Shown here: positions 27,254 to 29,933 of the stretch, piece after piece
How positions within the stretch are numbered: position 1 is the stretch's first letter
How the letters are laid out: every line of letters starts with the position of its first letter
Source: Candidatus Thorarchaeota archaeon
GTDB lineage: Archaea; Asgardarchaeota; Thorarchaeia; Thorarchaeales; Thorarchaeaceae
Assembly (NCBI GenBank): GCA_020348985.1
Contig: CP070761.1
Coordinates: 1,979,459 to 2,009,391 of the forward strand
Reading direction: 5' to 3'
Length of the DNA: 29,933 nucleotides
Notes under the pieces: generated by a model
What the model was told of the DNA's origin: nothing
Database searches by the model: none
Seen by the model: only the letters and a program-made list of their open reading frames with translations
Made by a program: the position numbers and the translations under genes

Positions 27254-27508
27254 TTACTCTTCTATCTGTCCGGGTTCAACAGCAAATGTGATTATGACAA
27301 AGAGATTGTCCGGGCTGTTTGGAAGAACGGTCATCTCATGCAGATCAATTGATTCTTCTTTCTTGACTCTGTCTATGCATCTCTTCAATTGACTGAAACT
27401 AACGCCTTGGAGGGAGTACGTGAATTGATAGCCCTCCGTCCCGTATCCAGAGTTGATCTTTTGTCCAAGGCTGCCGATTTCTTCTTCAACTATTTTGACT
27501 AGGCCCAT
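27254..27508 (-). CDS. Small hypothetical protein (84 aa)
   Basis: Fills the gap between co-oriented genes, ATG start with purine-rich upstream GAGATGA, globular composition. Confidence 0.65.
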   Translation of the reverse strand: MGLVKIVEEEIGSLGQKINSGYGTEGYQFTYSLQGVSFSQLKRCIDRVKKEESIDLHEMTVLPNSPDNLFVIITFAVEPGQIEE

Positions 27509-27591
27509 CTGTTATCATCTCACAATGTCAGATTGCGCAGGAGATACAGAATTCGAGATATTAGGGTTGCTGGTGCCTCTAAAGCGTGATT

Positions 27592-28635
27592 TTACGGCAG
27601 AAGAAGTGTTGGATATCTATCTACGCTCTCTGCCGCTCCCGGAACTAGGTAACTCCCTGACCCGTTATAGTCACTCCAAGAATTGCCTATCTCTTTGCCA
27701 TCGTCCCAATAGTTCTCTGAACCATTGTCTAGAGCATTTGTCTCATTGTTCCATCCGATGCTGTTCAACCAGCTACGAATGACGTAGCACTTCTCTCCAA
27801 TGCAGATTCCTACTCTCTCGTTATGAACTACTTTGTTTTGCTGTATCATCCAGTTTGTGCATTGGTAGTCAATTTGGATTCCTTGAACGTTGTGCCAGAG
27901 TGCGCTATGCGAGATTGAGCAGTTGTTGCTGAACTGGGCTAAGACTCCCCATTCATAGTTTGTCAGGTTCAGAGAGCATGTGACCGTGTCATTTGAACCA
28001 ACGATGAATGCCCCAACGGCTCCGCGGGGACATGAGACCTTGAAATCATCATAGTACCAATCACCAGACCCACCTGCCATCACACAATCGTAAAACCCAA
28101 CGTGGGCGGAGAGTGTCGCATTCACTCCTGTGTTCACCTCCAGGAATGTGCAGCTCGATACATTCGAATGCTCAACGAAAAAGAACGTTACTCCCTCATC
28201 GATCTGATTGAAGAAGCATTCGTATACGAACACATTGCTTGCACTCTCGACATAGACTCCCTTTGAGTACAGCTGTTTGTCACCATGGAAGAAGCAGTCT
28301 TTGATTACGATATTGAGACTTACGTTCCTTATGAAAACACACCAACGATCCGCAATAATATAGTAGTCCTCGATTACGTACGGATATTCAAATGTACCAT
28401 TCCCTCGCCATTCTTCACTAATCGCCTTCTCATGTAATTCAGAATCGTTAGTGATTCGAATTGGTGCATGGTCTTCTTGCCAAATCTCCGGGAGAGTCAC
28501 GGGTGTTGTTGTCAGGGATGGCCCATTCTCTGGCTGAGGCATGAACACACTCGAAATGCCAAGTGTAGCAGCCACAACAACCACAATCACAACAACTGCG
28601 ATTCTTTGTGAGCTCCCGCCAGAATCGTACCCCAT
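27592..28635 (-). CDS. N-terminally anchored right-handed parallel beta-helix (NosD/pectate-lyase-like) protein
   Basis: TM IAVVVIVVVVAATLGISSVF; HAPIRI, GNGTFEYPYVIE, repeated G-V/I-x-x...S-N-x-x-I/V turns, NYWDDG..GNSWSDY, DRYP terminus; SD GGAGG. Confidence 0.85.
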   Translation of the reverse strand: MGYDSGGSSQRIAVVVIVVVVAATLGISSVFMPQPENGPSLTTTPVTLPEIWQEDHAPIRITNDSELHEKAISEEWRGNGTFEYPYVIEDYYIIADRWCVFIRNVSLNIVIKDCFFHGDKQLYSKGVYVESASNVFVYECFFNQIDEGVTFFFVEHSNVSSCTFLEVNTGVNATLSAHVGFYDCVMAGGSGDWYYDDFKVSCPRGAVGAFIVGSNDTVTCSLNLTNYEWGVLAQFSNNCSISHSALWHNVQGIQIDYQCTNWMIQQNKVVHNERVGICIGEKCYVIRSWLNSIGWNNETNALDNGSENYWDDGKEIGNSWSDYNGSGSYLVPGAAESVDRYPTLLLP

Positions 28636-28659
28636 AGAAGCCCTCCATCATAGTTCTTT

Positions 28660-28837
28660 CCATTGCCACGCATATTACGGTTTCCCTTGACGACCTCTTT
28701 GTGCAGTAGCTGACACATTTCAAGGAATCCTCACGGATTCCTTGACTCAATGACTCTGCTCCTGAAGAGTAAACGGCTTCGTACAAGCCTTGGCAGTGAC
28801 CGCCAACTCACATCCTTTACTGAGAACGTGGCAATGG
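28660..28837 (-). ncRNA. Candidate structured non-coding RNA or palindromic element of unknown family
   Basis: Perfect 11-bp terminal inverted repeat (28660-28670 / 28827-28837); perfect 11-bp hairpin with GUGA loop (28720-28745); further helices at 28700-28717, 28775-28789, 28790-28806, 28807-28824. Pairing is seen directly; RNA function is inferred. Confidence 0.45.
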
Positions 28838-28848
28838 TCGACCTCTGA

Positions 28849-29933
28849 TCAGTGAGTTTCAGTAATCTCAATCGTTTCAGATTCAGCACTAGAATGTGAG
28901 TCTTTAGTTCTTCCAAAGAACCAGTAGAATAGAAGGACGCCAACAATATAGAACAGACTTGCAAAGGCGAAGGGAGCTCTGACCAAACCCGCAGCTAAGA
29001 GCATTCCTCCTATGTTTGCACCAACTCCACGAGCCAAAGCATCTCCTGCATTGATCAATCCCATTGCTGTAGACTGTTCCTCTCTCTTCAGCCCTTCCAT
29101 AAAGAAGACCTCCATGACAGGTAGCTGAACATTCATGAAGACATTCCTGCTTACGTACGCAATGGCAGCAATTCCAATGTTAGGAGACCAAGATAGCATC
29201 AGAAGGAATGGTATTGAAAGAGACTGTGATCCAATGATGGTCCATGTCTTTCCAATGCGTTCTGTCAGAATCGGATACAGAAAATTCGCACTGGCTAAAA
29301 CGACTGTATTGATTCCAAAAATCAATCCGATGGTTGAAGAGTCAACATTGAAGGCCTTGTTGAAGAAGATGTTCATAAACATGATGAAGAAGCCAGCACC
29401 AAGACCCGTGATTGTCCAATGTGATGCATACTTTCCGATGAACTCTGAATTCTCAAGGTTTCTGATGTTGAAAGTCAGTTCCTCTGAAGTTGGAGTGTCT
29501 TTTGTCATTGGGAGGATTGCTAGCAGACTTGCAAACAAAGGGATTAGTCCAGTATAGAGTGTGAACTGGTACGAAGACATCAGTGTGTCCGCAAATCCAA
29601 AGTGAAGCCACAGCTCAGGAAGATATCCTCCAATGATGAAGCCAAAGAAGTTTGCAATAATCCAGAATCCAAATCTTACACTAAATAGGTGAACTCGTTC
29701 TTCCTCAGTTGTTACTGAGACAGTATAGGGGGTGAAGGCTACATTTTGAAGTGCCCATCCTATACCGATGATGCCTTGAGCTATCAGAAGCAGTATTGGG
29801 GATGGTGTTGTATAGAGAAGAGCTGTAGCTAGGATTACAAGAGAGGATCCACCAAGGAGTGTATTCTTCCGAGATTTCCGATTAGTATAAACTCCTGCAA
29901 GAATCGCGATTGTAGCAGTTACAAAGAGAGAGA
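28849..29933 (-). CDS. MFS transporter, 5'-truncated by window edge
   Basis: Hand translation shows the frame stays open above Met 29580 to the edge (AGVYTNRKSRK motif-A-like, TTEEERVHLF); second half has LTERIGK and EEQSTAMG. Confidence 0.9.
   Translation of the reverse strand, partial: SLFVTATIAILAGVYTNRKSRKNTLLGGSSLVILATALLYTTPSPILLLIAQGIIGIGWALQNVAFTPYTVSVTTEEERVHLFSVRFGFWIIANFFGFIIGGYLPELWLHFGFADTLMSSYQFTLYTGLIPLFASLLAILPMTKDTPTSEELTFNIRNLENSEFIGKYASHWTITGLGAGFFIMFMNIFFNKAFNVDSSTIGLIFGINTVVLASANFLYPILTERIGKTWTIIGSQSLSIPFLLMLSWSPNIGIAAIAYVSRNVFMNVQLPVMEVFFMEGLKREEQSTAMGLINAGDALARGVGANIGGMLLAAGLVRAPFAFASLFYIVGVLLFYWFFGRTKDSHSSAESETIEITETH

Noticed and set aside
28660-28837. Retron msr-msd, MITE or tRNA-Sec as the identity of the structured element
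   Set aside because: No reverse transcriptase or transposase in the window, no target-site duplication next to the 11-bp repeats, and no cloverleaf or 7-nt anticodon loop. A MITE cannot be fully excluded without a genome-wide copy search.
66-29557. The many 60-150 aa antisense or alternate-frame ORFs in the track (e.g. 4302-4706, 26518-26979, 28448-28786, 29135-29557)
   Set aside because: They are shadows of well-supported genes, with no motifs and Ser/Arg/Pro-biased composition.
1-29933. Stop-codon recoding (Sec or Pyl), considered because TAG and TGA stops dominate
   Set aside because: All recognisable proteins end at family-typical lengths; I found no split genes needing read-through and no clear SECIS.

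Overview
A 29.9-kb, gene-dense (~48% GC by eye), standard-code archaeal chromosomal segment with 27 credible CDSs. The first (FGGY kinase) and last (MFS transporter) run off the window edges. Tandem Lrp/AsnC regulator, ATC-hydrolase-like protein, several C-terminally anchored surface proteins, GGTGA-type SD sites and BRE/TATA-like motifs suggest an Asgard archaeon, most likely Thorarchaeia (inference, not a database result). Main blocks: (i) a form IV RuBisCO-like protein in a minus-strand run with a surface DJ-1/PfpI protein, an old yellow enzyme and an (alpha/alpha)-barrel protein, facing an FGGY sugar kinase; (ii) a tetrahydrofolate C1 cluster fhs-folD-ftcd with a fused, eukaryote-like FTCD; (iii) a galactokinase-family kinase and a 2-gene ABC exporter; (iv) an NMO/FabK-like flavoenzyme, Fe-ADH, AOR, ADC-like run; (v) SCP2, PHP, membrane-anchored M14 peptidase, PLP aminotransferase, flavodoxin, regulator, beta-helix protein and MFS. 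I saw no rRNA, tRNA, CRISPR array, transposase or integrase. The strongest unexplained signal is non-coding: a ~178-nt element filling the MFS/beta-helix gap (28660-28837), with an 11-bp terminal inverted repeat, an 11-bp GNRA-capped hairpin and abutting helices. It is a candidate uncharacterised structured RNA. A second, weaker hairpin-rich gap lies at 21199-21450.
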